From an uncultured Alphaproteobacteria bacterium (lineage in GTDB: Bacteria; Pseudomonadota; Alphaproteobacteria; ATCC43930; CGMCC-115725): 64,000 nt of DNA. Positions 8,323 through 17,360 of this stretch are shown here, piece by piece. The notes below the pieces were generated by a model. The model ran no database searches and was not told where the DNA came from. It saw only the letters and a list, made by a program, of their open reading frames with translations. A program made the translations under genes and the position numbers. Within the stretch, counting starts at the first letter, position 1, and each line of letters opens with the position of its first letter. Location of the stretch: the NCBI GenBank assembly GCA_963729935.1, contig CAVSPW010000008.1, forward strand, positions 654-64,653, in the 5' to 3' direction.

Positions 8323-8793
8323 TCATCGCCGGCCGATCGCAGCGGCCAAGACGTAAAGCGCCATGACGATGACCACGACCGACCCGATCGTGTAAAGCGT
8401 CGCGCGGACCTCATGGCTTTGCTTGGTCGCATAGGCGAGCGAATGACCGAGACGCGCGCCGACGAAGCCGTACATCAGAATGTTCGCCAGCAGGTATGTC
8501 GGTCCCGTAGCGACAAACAGCAGTCCGCAGGCAACGAAGGCCGGAATATTTTCCAGATCGTTGCGGTGCATCCGCCGCGAGCGATCCACGTAGTCGTTCG
8601 ATTCGAGCTGCTCGGGGTGCGGATTTCGGTTGATCAGCCCGGCTTGGACATCTTCGGGGGTCGCCCAGCCACCGCCAATTTTTAGCATTCTGTAGACCGT
8701 CATCCATCCTTGGCCCATGAGCTTCAGGATCATGATCGCGGCGGCGATCATGTAGGTGACGAAGACGGGGTTCTCCATGCCGAAGGCGCTCAT
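8323..8793 (-). CDS. MAPEG family membrane protein (microsomal GST-like)
   Basis: Four TM helices and RMHRNDLENIPAF...ARLGHSLAY, typical of MAPEG. Confidence 0.75.
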   Translation of the reverse strand: MSAFGMENPVFVTYMIAAAIMILKLMGQGWMTVYRMLKIGGGWATPEDVQAGLINRNPHPEQLESNDYVDRSRRMHRNDLENIPAFVACGLLFVATGPTYLLANILMYGFVGARLGHSLAYATKQSHEVRATLYTIGSVVVIVMALYVLAAAIGRR

Positions 8794-8951
8794 CGCTTTT
8801 CTCCAATCGAAACGGTCTGTTCCGGTGTCGCCCCTCGGCCCGCTGGCGTTGGAGGCGCATGTTGATGAATGTCCATTGGGTCCTTCCCGGGTTCGCCAAA
8901 GTTGGGAACCGGCTTCCTCGGTCGAGACCGAATGAACGAGCTATCGGGACT

Positions 8952-9686
8952 TCACCGCGAGGCGCTGCCTTCGAGCCGCGCGCCAAGCGCCCGCAGCAGC
9001 GCCGCGCCGTCGCCGCGCCAGGCGGGCCCGTGCATGCAGGCGAGCGTGGTCGGTTCGAGCTTCGCCAACCGCTCGATCATCGCGCCGGCATCCTTGGTGT
9101 GAGAGAAATAGTCGAGCGCGCCGCGGAACGCCTCGCTCGGCTCGAGGATGTCGTCTTGCGTGGTCGCCGGATGCTGCGCGCCGCCCTGGGTAAAGAGATC
9201 GCCGCACAGGAAGGTGCGCGTCGTTTCCTCCATCAGGAAGCCGCATTCCCAGCCATGCGGCAGGTGCGGCGTCGCGAGCCAGCGCAGCTTGTGTGCGCCG
9301 ATCGAGATGAGTTCGCCATCATCGAGCGGTCGGGGCTCGCGATCGGCGACGTCGCCGACCGAGACCATCGCGGCGATCGTGCCGCAGAGCGGCGCCGCCC
9401 GGGGCGCAACCGCCAGGAATTCGTTGAGGGCGCCGCATTCATCCGCTTCGTAATGCGAGAACGAGATATGGCGCAGCCGTTCCGCCGGCATCACCGCCTG
9501 GATCGCCTCCCGCACCAGCGGAAAGGTCTTGCGCAGGCCGGTGTGAAAGAGGAGCGGCTCCTCGTCGAGGATCAGATATTGGTTAAAGCTGAAGCCGCCC
9601 GGCACGACGCTGACCGGGGTGCTGATGCGGTAGATGCCTTGGGCAATTTCGTCGATCGCGGTGCCGGAACTCTGGTTGGTGATCAT
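8952..9686 (-). CDS. MBL-fold protein (ODP/diiron-like variant)
   Basis: GIYRISTPV..FNQYLILDEEPLLFHTG...ISFSHYEADECGALN resembles the metallo-beta-lactamase/ODP fold. SD GAAGGAGG lies before the ATG at 9686. Confidence 0.65.
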   Translation of the reverse strand: MITNQSSGTAIDEIAQGIYRISTPVSVVPGGFSFNQYLILDEEPLLFHTGLRKTFPLVREAIQAVMPAERLRHISFSHYEADECGALNEFLAVAPRAAPLCGTIAAMVSVGDVADREPRPLDDGELISIGAHKLRWLATPHLPHGWECGFLMEETTRTFLCGDLFTQGGAQHPATTQDDILEPSEAFRGALDYFSHTKDAGAMIERLAKLEPTTLACMHGPAWRGDGAALLRALGARLEGSASR

Positions 9687-9720
9687 GGAAACCTCCTTCA
9701 ATGCAATGCCGTGAAGGTTG

Positions 9721-9745
9721 TGTAACGGGAAGGCGCGTCGTTACA
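9721..9745. promoter_or_regulatory. perfect inverted repeat TGTAACG-N11-CGTTACA in the divergent MBL / ECF sigma intergenic region
   Basis: Seen directly, 36 nt upstream of the sigma-factor ORF start. Confidence 0.35.
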
Positions 9746-9780
9746 CTTCCAGATGAAAGGTTTTCGGCTATGTTGTCCCG

Positions 9781-10359
9781 ATGCAGGCCCCGAGGGTCGA
9801 TCCGGCATCCGACGACGCCGCCCTGGTCCGCGCCATCGGCGCCGCCGCGCCGGCGCCTGATGGCCGCGCCGAGGCCGAGCTTTACCGCCGTCTCGCGCCC
9901 CGCGTCCGGCTCTACGGGCTGCGCCATCTGCGCGATCCGCACGCCGCCGCGGACTTGGCGCAGCAGGTGCTTCTCATGACGATCGAAAAACTGCGCGCCG
10001 GCGCGCTTCGCGAGCCTGAAAAACTGGCATCCTTCGTGCTGGGCATGTGCCGGCTGGTGGTCCTCGATCTACGCCGCGGCACGGTGCGGCGCGACGCCTT
10101 GCTGCGCGCCTATGGCGATCTCGAACAGGTGACGGAGCCGGCCGCGCTCAAGGAACTCGACGAGCGCAGGCTTGCGCGCTGCATGGAGGGGCTCGCCGAG
10201 CGCGCGCGCTCGGTGCTCGTCTTGAGCTTCTTCGCCGACAAATCCGCCGCCGAGGTGGGGCGCGAGCTCGGCCTGACGGCGGAGAATGCGCGCGTGATCC
10301 GCCACCGCGCGCTCGTCAGGCTGCGCGAATGCATGGGCGGAGCGGAGGCGGTGCCGTGA
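9781..10359 (+). CDS. ECF-type RNA polymerase sigma-70 family factor
   Basis: Region 2 (DLAQQVLLMTIEKL) and region 4 HTH (SAAEVGRELGLTAENARVIRHRALVRLRE). Confidence 0.85.
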   Translation: MQAPRVDPASDDAALVRAIGAAAPAPDGRAEAELYRRLAPRVRLYGLRHLRDPHAAADLAQQVLLMTIEKLRAGALREPEKLASFVLGMCRLVVLDLRRGTVRRDALLRAYGDLEQVTEPAALKELDERRLARCMEGLAERARSVLVLSFFADKSAAEVGRELGLTAENARVIRHRALVRLRECMGGAEAVP

Positions 10360-10919
10360 CCCAAGCTTGCGCTGCGCCCATTTCCTTCGGCACGCTCATC
10401 GAATATTGGTTCGGGGAGATTGGCGCCGACGCCGAGGAGCGCATCGAAGACCATCTCCTCGGCTGCGCCCATTGCAGCGCCGAGCTCGAAGCCTTGGTCG
10501 AACTCGGCCAGGGTTTGCGCGCGGCGTTCGAGAACGGCGCGATCCATGCCGTGTTCTCGGCACCGTTCGTCGAGGCGATGAAGGCGCGCGGGATGCGCGT
10601 GCGCGAATATCCGGTCTCTCCGGGCGGAAGCGTGCATTGCACCATCGCCGCCGATGACGACGCGGTGATCGGCCGGTTGAAAGCACCGCTCGCGGGCCTC
10701 GGGCGGGTCGATGTGGTCAGCACGGACGAGGCGGGCGGGCTGATCTTCCGGTTCGATGATGTTCCCTACGATCCCGTCGCGGGCGAAGTGCTGTTCTGCC
10801 CGCCGGCTTCGCTCTTCAAGCAGATGCCGGCGCATACGGAAAAGATCCGGTTGCTCGCGGTCGGGCCCGAGGGCGAGCGCACGATAGCCGATTACACCTT
10901 CATTCACACGCCGAGCTGA
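10356..10919 (+). CDS. zinc-binding (ZAS, H-x3-C-x2-C) anti-sigma factor, apparently soluble
   Basis: The GTG start overlaps the sigma stop (GTGA). It carries the HLLGCAHC motif, has no hydrophobic TM segment, and has a beta-rich C-terminal domain. Confidence 0.7.
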   Translation: MTQACAAPISFGTLIEYWFGEIGADAEERIEDHLLGCAHCSAELEALVELGQGLRAAFENGAIHAVFSAPFVEAMKARGMRVREYPVSPGGSVHCTIAADDDAVIGRLKAPLAGLGRVDVVSTDEAGGLIFRFDDVPYDPVAGEVLFCPPASLFKQMPAHTEKIRLLAVGPEGERTIADYTFIHTPS

Positions 10920-11277
10920 TCGCGGCCACGGCGCGCGAGATCGCCGGGACCGCCTCGATCGGCGCGACATTGACGCCATGCGATCTTGCGGAACACCGCA
11001 AAGTCCGGTGCTGTGCCGGCTTCCGATGTTGTGGCCAGCCCTTCCACCGGCATGTAAGGGCCCCTGGAATGGTCGCCACTGATCGGAAGCGGTATGCCGC
11101 TATTTGGCACAACTTGGACCCGCGGCAATTTCGGCCATTCGGTCGCTATCGGGGCAAAACGGACCCATCGCCGACGAACCGAAACCGGCGCTGATGACCC
11201 GATGCCGGAAACAGCTTGTTGCACGCTTGCCGATCTTCCAAAATTCGCTTCGTCGTTTCGCCGCAAAGGATTCCCGC

Positions 11278-12132
11278 ATGGCCGACCCCGAGCAATTCAA
11301 CGCCGACCAAGTTTCTTTCTGGAATGGATCGGGCGGCCACACCTGGGTGAAGCGTCAGGAACATACCGACATCACCTTCGCGCCGGTGACGGAGGCGTTG
11401 CTCGCCCTCGCCGCGCCACGATCCGGCGAGCGCGTGCTCGACGTGGGCTGCGGCTGCGGCGCGACCACGCTGGATCTGGCGCGCGCCGTCGGTCCAACCG
11501 GGCGCGTCGCGGCGTTGGACATCTCCGGGCCGATGCTGGCCGAGGGACAAACGCGCGCCAAGGCCGCCGGCATCGACAATATCGACTGGCGCCAGGCTGA
11601 TGCCGCGACCGCCGCGCTGGAACCGTTCGATCTGCTCGCATCGAACCTGGGCACGATGTTCTTCGGGGACCCGGTGGCGGCCTTCGCCCATCTGCGCGCC
11701 GCCGCCAGGCCCGACGCGCGGATGACGCTGGTATGCTGGCGCCAACTCAGCGAAAACCCGTGGATGGAAGTGCCGATGCGCGCGGTCGCACCGCATGTGC
11801 CGCCACGGCCGAAATCGGACCCGCATGCACCCGGAATGTTCGCCTTTGCCGATCCTCAGCGCGTCTCTCAGGTCCTCACCGCGGCGGGCTGGGCGCGCCC
11901 GCGGCTCGACAAACTCGACCACGATCTGGACATTGCCGCCGAGCGCGGACTCGAGGAGGCCGTCGTTCAGTCGACCCAGATCGGCGCCGTTAATAGCTGG
12001 CTGCGAGGCCAACCCGCGGAGGTCGTCACCGCCGCGGTCGCGTCCTTGCGCGAGGCGCTGGCCGCGCATCTCCATGGCGCGAGCGTGCGCCTGCCCGGCG
12101 CAATGTGGCTGATCAGCAGCACCCCCGCCTGA
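11278..12132 (+). CDS. class I SAM-dependent methyltransferase
   Basis: Motif I RVLDVGCGCGATTLDLA, followed by FDLLASNLGTMFF. Confidence 0.85.
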   Translation: MADPEQFNADQVSFWNGSGGHTWVKRQEHTDITFAPVTEALLALAAPRSGERVLDVGCGCGATTLDLARAVGPTGRVAALDISGPMLAEGQTRAKAAGIDNIDWRQADAATAALEPFDLLASNLGTMFFGDPVAAFAHLRAAARPDARMTLVCWRQLSENPWMEVPMRAVAPHVPPRPKSDPHAPGMFAFADPQRVSQVLTAAGWARPRLDKLDHDLDIAAERGLEEAVVQSTQIGAVNSWLRGQPAEVVTAAVASLREALAAHLHGASVRLPGAMWLISSTPA

Positions 12133-12181
12133 GCGTGGCGACGTAGGCGCGCGAGGCGCTTGGCTCGTCGATGTCGGGTTT

Positions 12182-12263
12182 GGCACTTCTCGGAAGTGTC
12201 GGACATCGAGCGTGCGGCCTGCTTCCGCTTGCGAAGCGGAGTCCGGCAAGCCGCGACGGAGCG
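12182..12263 (+). repeat. dispersed ~80-bp hairpin element, copy A
   Basis: About 85% identical by eye to 21340-21421. The core hairpin is CCGCTT-GCG-AAGCGG. It lies in a convergent intergenic region 50 nt after a stop codon. Confidence 0.7.
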
Positions 12264-12528
12264 TGTTCATGAGTTCGCGCCTTCGCGTAAGCTCCCCCAT
12301 GCGACGGCCCGCCATCTTTTGGATCGCTCCCTTCCCAGCGCCCTGGGCGAGGAAGGGCTTGGCGCTTTCCGCCGTCGAACGCACCGCGGCGCCGGACGCG
12401 CAGCCGGGCAGCGTGCGAGGGCGCGCGCCTGGCTCGGCTGTCCAAACTCACGCCAGCACCTTTCGCGGGCAGATCCGCGGAGCAAGACGATTTCCGGCGA
12501 TGCCGAAGGCGGGCTCTTTGCCCGTGCG

Positions 12529-12729
12529 CTAATCCTGACTTTTGAGGGTCAGATACATCAGCGCCAGATAAACGACCGGCAGAACGATGAGCACGATCGC
12601 CTGAGCCAATCCCGGCGCTTCGCAAGCTTGCGAGAATATCTGGTAGGCGAGCCAAAGGACGGCGAGCGCCACGATCGCGACGCCGATGAACCAAGGCAAC
12701 AGGACATTACGCTTCTTCGCTTGCGGCAT
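12529..12729 (-). CDS. small two-helix membrane protein (hypothetical)
   Basis: MPQAKKRNVLLPWFIGVAIVALAVLWLAY...IVLIVLPVVYLALMYL contains two hydrophobic helices. Confidence 0.45.
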   Translation of the reverse strand: MPQAKKRNVLLPWFIGVAIVALAVLWLAYQIFSQACEAPGLAQAIVLIVLPVVYLALMYLTLKSQD

Positions 12730-13038
12730 GACGCGACCTTTCACATTCAGTTTCGAACCGAGGATCCTGTCTTCATTCGTCCATACGGCGTTTCACCCCG
12801 GCCGCCGGCCGGGGCGCTCGACATCGTGGTCGCGAAGCCGATCGCCTCATCGACGCCGATCGACCGCGGACGGATTGACGCTCCCGCAGAAGAGGCTCGC
12901 GCGGCGCGTCATTCGCGCCGCCACGCGCACATGCCCCACGAACGGCCCGCGCAATACTTGCCATGGCGCGGCCCGCCTCATCCATGATCCAAATCAAGGC
13001 CATGGTCGCAAGAGCGCGAATAAATTCGATCAACTTCC

Positions 13039-13977
13039 ATGCGGCGGGCGGATTCGATGAGTCTCGGTCTGAGGTGGTGCTGGAGTCTGGCCGTCTGTCT
13101 AATTCTCGCCGCCTTTCCCGCGGCGGGCTCTCACGCAGACCCGTTCCCGGTCGCCGTCAGCATCCTGCCCCAGAAATATTTCGTCGAACGGATCGCGGGC
13201 CGACTTGCCGATGTCGTCGTCATGGTCGGGCCGGGAGACAGCCCCGCAACCTACGAGCCCAGTCCCCGGCAAGTCGCCGCGCTCTCCCATGCGCGTGTCT
13301 ATTTCGCGATCGGCGTGCCCTTCGAGCAGGTCTGGATGCCTCGACTGCGGGCCGCGAACCGTCGCATGCTCGTGGTCGACACGACGGCCGGCATCAAGCG
13401 TCGCCGCGCCGACGGGGTGGAAGGCGCGACTTCGGAGGACGCCGCGCTCAGCGACCCGCATCTGTGGACGAATCCGGCTCTGGTCAAAGTGATGGCGGCC
13501 CAGATCCGCGGCGCGCTCATTCGCCTCGATCCCGCGAATGCCGGAGAATACGAGCGCAATGACCGGGAATTCGCCACGGATCTCGACGCCCTCGATGAAG
13601 AGATCCGGGCCCGCCTGTCCCCTTTCGCCGGCCGGCCGTTCCTCGTCTTCCACGCCTCATGGGGCTATTTCGCCGATGCGTATCGCCTGCGGCAGATCCC
13701 GATCGAGGCCGCGGGCAAGGAGCCCGGTCCGAGAGCGCTCGCCGAAATCATCGATAAGGCGAAGAAACTCGGAATCAAGGTCGTTTTCGTCCAGCCGCAA
13801 TTCAGCCGCGCGAACGCGGAGATGATCGCACGCGAGATCGGCGGCCGCGCCATCGCGGTCGATCCGCTCGCGGAGAATTACTCGAGAACATGCGTCGCGT
13901 CGCCGCTTCCTTCGCCGAAGCCATGGGCCCCCGATGAATCCCGTCATCGAGATTCAAGACGTGTCGTTCGGCTATGA
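13039..13977 (+). CDS. metal (Zn/Mn) ABC transporter substrate-binding protein, ZnuA/TroA-like; C-terminus apparently frameshifted near 13878
   Basis: Pattern ATYEPSPRQV..L..A.VYF.IG..FE, DPHLWTNP and FHASWGYFA..Y.L matches the family. An alternative start lies at 13057. The last ~30 aa are non-protein-like, while the -1 frame reads LLENMRRVAASFAEAMGPR and ends in an ATGA overlap with the next gene. Confidence 0.8.
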   Translation: MRRADSMSLGLRWCWSLAVCLILAAFPAAGSHADPFPVAVSILPQKYFVERIAGRLADVVVMVGPGDSPATYEPSPRQVAALSHARVYFAIGVPFEQVWMPRLRAANRRMLVVDTTAGIKRRRADGVEGATSEDAALSDPHLWTNPALVKVMAAQIRGALIRLDPANAGEYERNDREFATDLDALDEEIRARLSPFAGRPFLVFHASWGYFADAYRLRQIPIEAAGKEPGPRALAEIIDKAKKLGIKVVFVQPQFSRANAEMIAREIGGRAIAVDPLAENYSRTCVASPLPSPKPWAPDESRHRDSRRVVRL

Positions 13978-14683
13978 CGGCCCCGTGATCCTGGAGAATC
14001 TCAATCTGGCGGTGGATCAAGGAGAATTCCTCGGAATCGTCGGACCGAATGGCGGCGGCAAGACAACGCTCCTGAAGCTCATGCTCGGCCTGCTCGAACC
14101 CGATACGGGCGTGGTTCGCGTTCTGGGACGCGCTCCATCGGAGTCGCGACGAAGCGTCGGCTACGTGCCGCAATTCGTTCGTTTCAGGCGCGACTTTCCG
14201 ATCTCGGTCGAAGAGACGGTGCTTCTCGGGCGCCTGGGCCGCGCCCCGGCATTGTTCGGTTATTCGAGCGCCGATCGCGACGCCGCCGAACGCGCGATGC
14301 GCCAAGCGGAAGTCCTCGCGTTCCGCCGCAAGCCGCTTTCGGCCTTATCCGGAGGCGAACTCCAGCGCGTCCTGATCGCGCGGGCGCTTGCCGCCGAACC
14401 GGAACTGCTCCTGCTCGACGAGCCGACCGCCAATATCGACCTTCGCGTCGAGAAGGACGTCTTCGATCTCCTGAAACAGCTGAACGCGCACGCCACCATC
14501 GTCGTCGTGTCGCACGATATCGGTTTCATCTCCCGCTACGTGACGCGCGTCGCCTGCCTCAATCGCACGCTCATCTGCCACACGACGGACGAGATCACCG
14601 GCGAAGTCATCACCGAACTCTATGGACGACCGGTCCACATGGTCCATCATTTGGCGCCCGCCGAGGGCAAGAGCCAGCCATGA
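13934..14683 (+). CDS. metal ABC transporter ATP-binding protein (ZnuC-like)
   Basis: Walker A GPNGGGKTT, signature LSGGELQRV and Walker B LLLLDEP. Confidence 0.9.
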   Translation: MNPVIEIQDVSFGYDGPVILENLNLAVDQGEFLGIVGPNGGGKTTLLKLMLGLLEPDTGVVRVLGRAPSESRRSVGYVPQFVRFRRDFPISVEETVLLGRLGRAPALFGYSSADRDAAERAMRQAEVLAFRRKPLSALSGGELQRVLIARALAAEPELLLLDEPTANIDLRVEKDVFDLLKQLNAHATIVVVSHDIGFISRYVTRVACLNRTLICHTTDEITGEVITELYGRPVHMVHHLAPAEGKSQP

Positions 14684-15522
14684 GCGATTTTCTCGACGCT
14701 CTCGCGGCCCACGGCTTTCTGCAGAATGCCTTGATCGCGGCGATCCTCGCCGGGGTGGGCTGCGGGATCGCCGGCACCTTCGTGGTCGTCAAGCGGATCG
14801 GCTACCTCGCCGGCGGCATCGCTCATACCGTTTTGGGCGGGATGGGAATCGCTTACTACCTGGGCGCGGATCCGCGCATCGGGGCCGCGCTCGCCGCCAT
14901 CGCGGCGGCATTGGCCATCGGCTGGGTCAGCCTCCGCTGGAAGCAACAGGAGGACATCATCATCGGCGCGCTGTGGGCGACGGGAATGGCGATCGGCATC
15001 GTCTTCATCTCGCTGACGCCCGGCTACAACGTCGATCTGATGAGCTATCTCTTCGGCAACATCTTGCTGGTCTCGCGTTCCGACCTTTGGGTGATGGCGG
15101 GGCTCGATGCCGCGGCCGTCGCGCTCGTCCTCCTCTTTTACAAGCAGCTCATCGCCGTCTGTTTCGACGATGAGTTCGCGCGCGTTCGCGGCGTCGATGT
15201 CGGCGCGGTCTATCTGTTGCTGCTTTGCATCGTCGCCGTGACGGTCGTGTCCCTCATTCAAGTCGTCGGGCTCATCCTCGTGATCGCGCTGTTCACCCTG
15301 CCGGCCGCGATCGCGGGCGAGTTCATGGCCTCGGTCGGTGCGATGATGCTCGTCGCTTGCGTGCTGGGAGCGGGTTTCGGCATCGGCGGCCTCGCCCTCT
15401 CCTATGCGAGCAACCTGCCGTCCGGAGCGACCATCATTCTCCTTGCCGGAACGGTTTATCTGCTCTCTCTGGCGGCGGCACGCTTCATTCGCCGGAGAAT
15501 TCTCCGCGCATCGGCGCCCTAG
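14680..15522 (+). CDS. metal ABC transporter permease (ZnuB-like)
   Basis: Polytopic membrane protein with FLQNALIAAILAGVGCGIAGTFVV... typical of the ABC-3 family. Its ATGA start overlaps the upstream stop. Confidence 0.9.
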   Translation: MSDFLDALAAHGFLQNALIAAILAGVGCGIAGTFVVVKRIGYLAGGIAHTVLGGMGIAYYLGADPRIGAALAAIAAALAIGWVSLRWKQQEDIIIGALWATGMAIGIVFISLTPGYNVDLMSYLFGNILLVSRSDLWVMAGLDAAAVALVLLFYKQLIAVCFDDEFARVRGVDVGAVYLLLLCIVAVTVVSLIQVVGLILVIALFTLPAAIAGEFMASVGAMMLVACVLGAGFGIGGLALSYASNLPSGATIILLAGTVYLLSLAAARFIRRRILRASAP

Positions 15523-15700
15523 TCCCGCCCGATCGCGGGACCCGGAAGATGCCATCGAGGACGCGCCGGGCGTCGCTGCGGGGGAAGGCCGCGCGGTAAA
15601 GGGGACGCGCTCCTCTCCGCTGGCTTGGTCCGAGAGTGATCCACGGCGGACAATCATATGGTAGTATGCGAGCCATCAAACGGGTGACGGGTGATAAGCC

Positions 15701-16513
15701 ATGCTGGAAAGTGACAAGCTGTTTGGCGGCTCGATTCCGGAAAACTACGACCGCTATATGGTGCCGTTGATTTTCGAGCCCTACGCCGCGGATCTCGCAC
15801 GCCGCGCGGCGTCCTTGTCGCCAAGCGCCGTTTTGGAAACCGCCGCGGGCAGCGGGGTCGTCACCCGCGCCTTGGCGCCAAGACTGCCCGGGGGCGCAAG
15901 CTATATCGTAACCGACCTCAACCAGCCGATGGTCGACTACGCCGCATCGCGACAACCTCCCAACTCTCGGATCAAATGGCGCCAAGCGGATGCTCTGGCG
16001 CTGCCGTTTGAAAATGCGGCCTTCGATCTCGTTTGTTGCCAGTTCGGCGCGATGTTCTTTCCCGACCGCATATCGGGCTACCGCGAAGCAAGGCGGGTCC
16101 TGAAGCCCGGCGGGCATTTTTTATTCAGCGTATGGGATCGCATCGAAGAGAACGTTTTCGCGGATGACGTGACGAACGCTCTCGCCAAGATTTTTCCGAA
16201 CGATCCGCCGCGCTTTTTGGCGCGCACGCCGCACGGTTACCACGATACGGCCCTGATCCGCAGCGAACTGGAGGAGGCGGGTTTCTCCCGCGTGGTCATC
16301 GAGACGAGAGCCGAACAAAGCCGCGCATCCTCGCCGCGCCTTCCGGCCGTCGCCTATTGTCAGGGAACGGTTCTTCGCAACGAAATCGAGGCCAGAGAGG
16401 CGGGAAAACTGAAATCGGCAACCGACTACGTCGCATCCGCGATTGCGGACAGACATGGCCGCGGCGAGGTTGCCGCCAAAATTCAGGCACACGTAATCGT
16501 GGCTCTGGCCTGA
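15701..16513 (+). CDS. class I SAM-dependent methyltransferase
   Basis: VLETAAGSGVVTRAL, FDLVCCQFGAMFF and VLKPGGHFLFSVW. Confidence 0.8.
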   Translation: MLESDKLFGGSIPENYDRYMVPLIFEPYAADLARRAASLSPSAVLETAAGSGVVTRALAPRLPGGASYIVTDLNQPMVDYAASRQPPNSRIKWRQADALALPFENAAFDLVCCQFGAMFFPDRISGYREARRVLKPGGHFLFSVWDRIEENVFADDVTNALAKIFPNDPPRFLARTPHGYHDTALIRSELEEAGFSRVVIETRAEQSRASSPRLPAVAYCQGTVLRNEIEAREAGKLKSATDYVASAIADRHGRGEVAAKIQAHVIVALA

Positions 16514-16717
16514 ATTTCGGGATATCCCCTTCTGGCACGAAGGCGAAACGGCGGAACAACTCTCGAGTGTCCGCGTAATGCCAACCGGGGGACACGCTCG
16601 GGTCGCCGAGCCAGCGCCGCGATCGATCCTCAGGCGACATGGCCCACCTATGGCGGGCTGACGGAAAGAATGTCCGGCTGAGGCCGGGGAAGAAGCCTAG
16701 ACTGGCGGGAACCGAAT

Positions 16718-16930
16718 TTGGCGGACGCGACCAAGCCAGCTTCGGCCGAAACAAAAAGGGCACAGGCAGTGGGTCGCGCATTGATCATCGGGGGCTCGCT
16801 CGGCGGGTTGTTCGCCGGATTGCTGCTGCGTCAAGCCGGGTGGGACGTGACGGTGTTCGAGCGCAGCGCGGGCGACCTCGCCAGCCGCGGCGCGGGCGTC
16901 GGCACGCATGTCGAGCAATTCGAGATCATG
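16718..16930 (+). pseudogene. N-terminal fragment of an FAD-dependent monooxygenase (relic)
   Basis: GRALIIGGSLGGLFAGLLLRQAGWDVTVFERS...RGAGVGTH is a Rossmann GxGxxG FAD-binding N-terminus. Recognisable similarity stops after about 65 aa and no full-length frame exists. Confidence 0.35.
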
Positions 16931-17360
16931 CGCAGGCGAGCCGATTTCGCCGACCGTCGCCAAATGTCCGCCGAAATCCTTGGCGGATCGCAGACCCGCG
17001 GCATAGGCCGCATAGGAGGCGACGATCGCCTCGAATTGGAAGTGCGGAACCTCGCGCTGAATGCCGCCGACGATCCTGAGCGCGCCTTGGGCGCCGAGAT
17101 TGTAGAGCGCGGCCGAGGTGCCCACCAAGCTGAAGGCGAGGTCGCCCGATGGCATTGGGACGGGCCTGTCTATCAGTTGCCGACCGCATAAGCGATGTCT
17201 TTATCAAGGCCGAATTCTCATCGGCAGAGCCCCGTTAGAGATTGGTTCACGGGGGCGCGACAGTGTAGTGTCGCGGCACAGATGCCGCCGCCAAGGAGCG
17301 ACGGCACGCCATGAACGCGCGGCCAGGCTGCCCGCGCTCACCAGCGGTTGGGGATGGAAA

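Noticed and set aside
9721-9745. Reading TGTAAC...CGTTAC as the autoregulated ECF promoter (-35 GTAAC / -10 CGTT).
   Set aside because: The spacing between AAC and CGT is about 12 nt, whereas ECF promoters typically have about 16-17 nt. It is kept only as a palindromic operator candidate.
13017-13028. CGAAT-AA-ATTCG palindrome upstream of the metal ABC importer as a Zur/Mur box.
   Set aside because: The arms are only 5 bp, and it does not resemble the longer AT-rich Zur/Fur-type operators I know. It is too short to call.
16697-17155. A 152-aa minus-strand ORF, considered as a real gene or as the inverted C-terminal half of the FAD monooxygenase (GDLAFSL...LGAQGA faintly resembles the GDAAH...GQG motif).
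   Set aside because: The resemblance is too weak. Half of the ORF is merely antisense to the genuine FAD-binding N-terminus on the plus strand.
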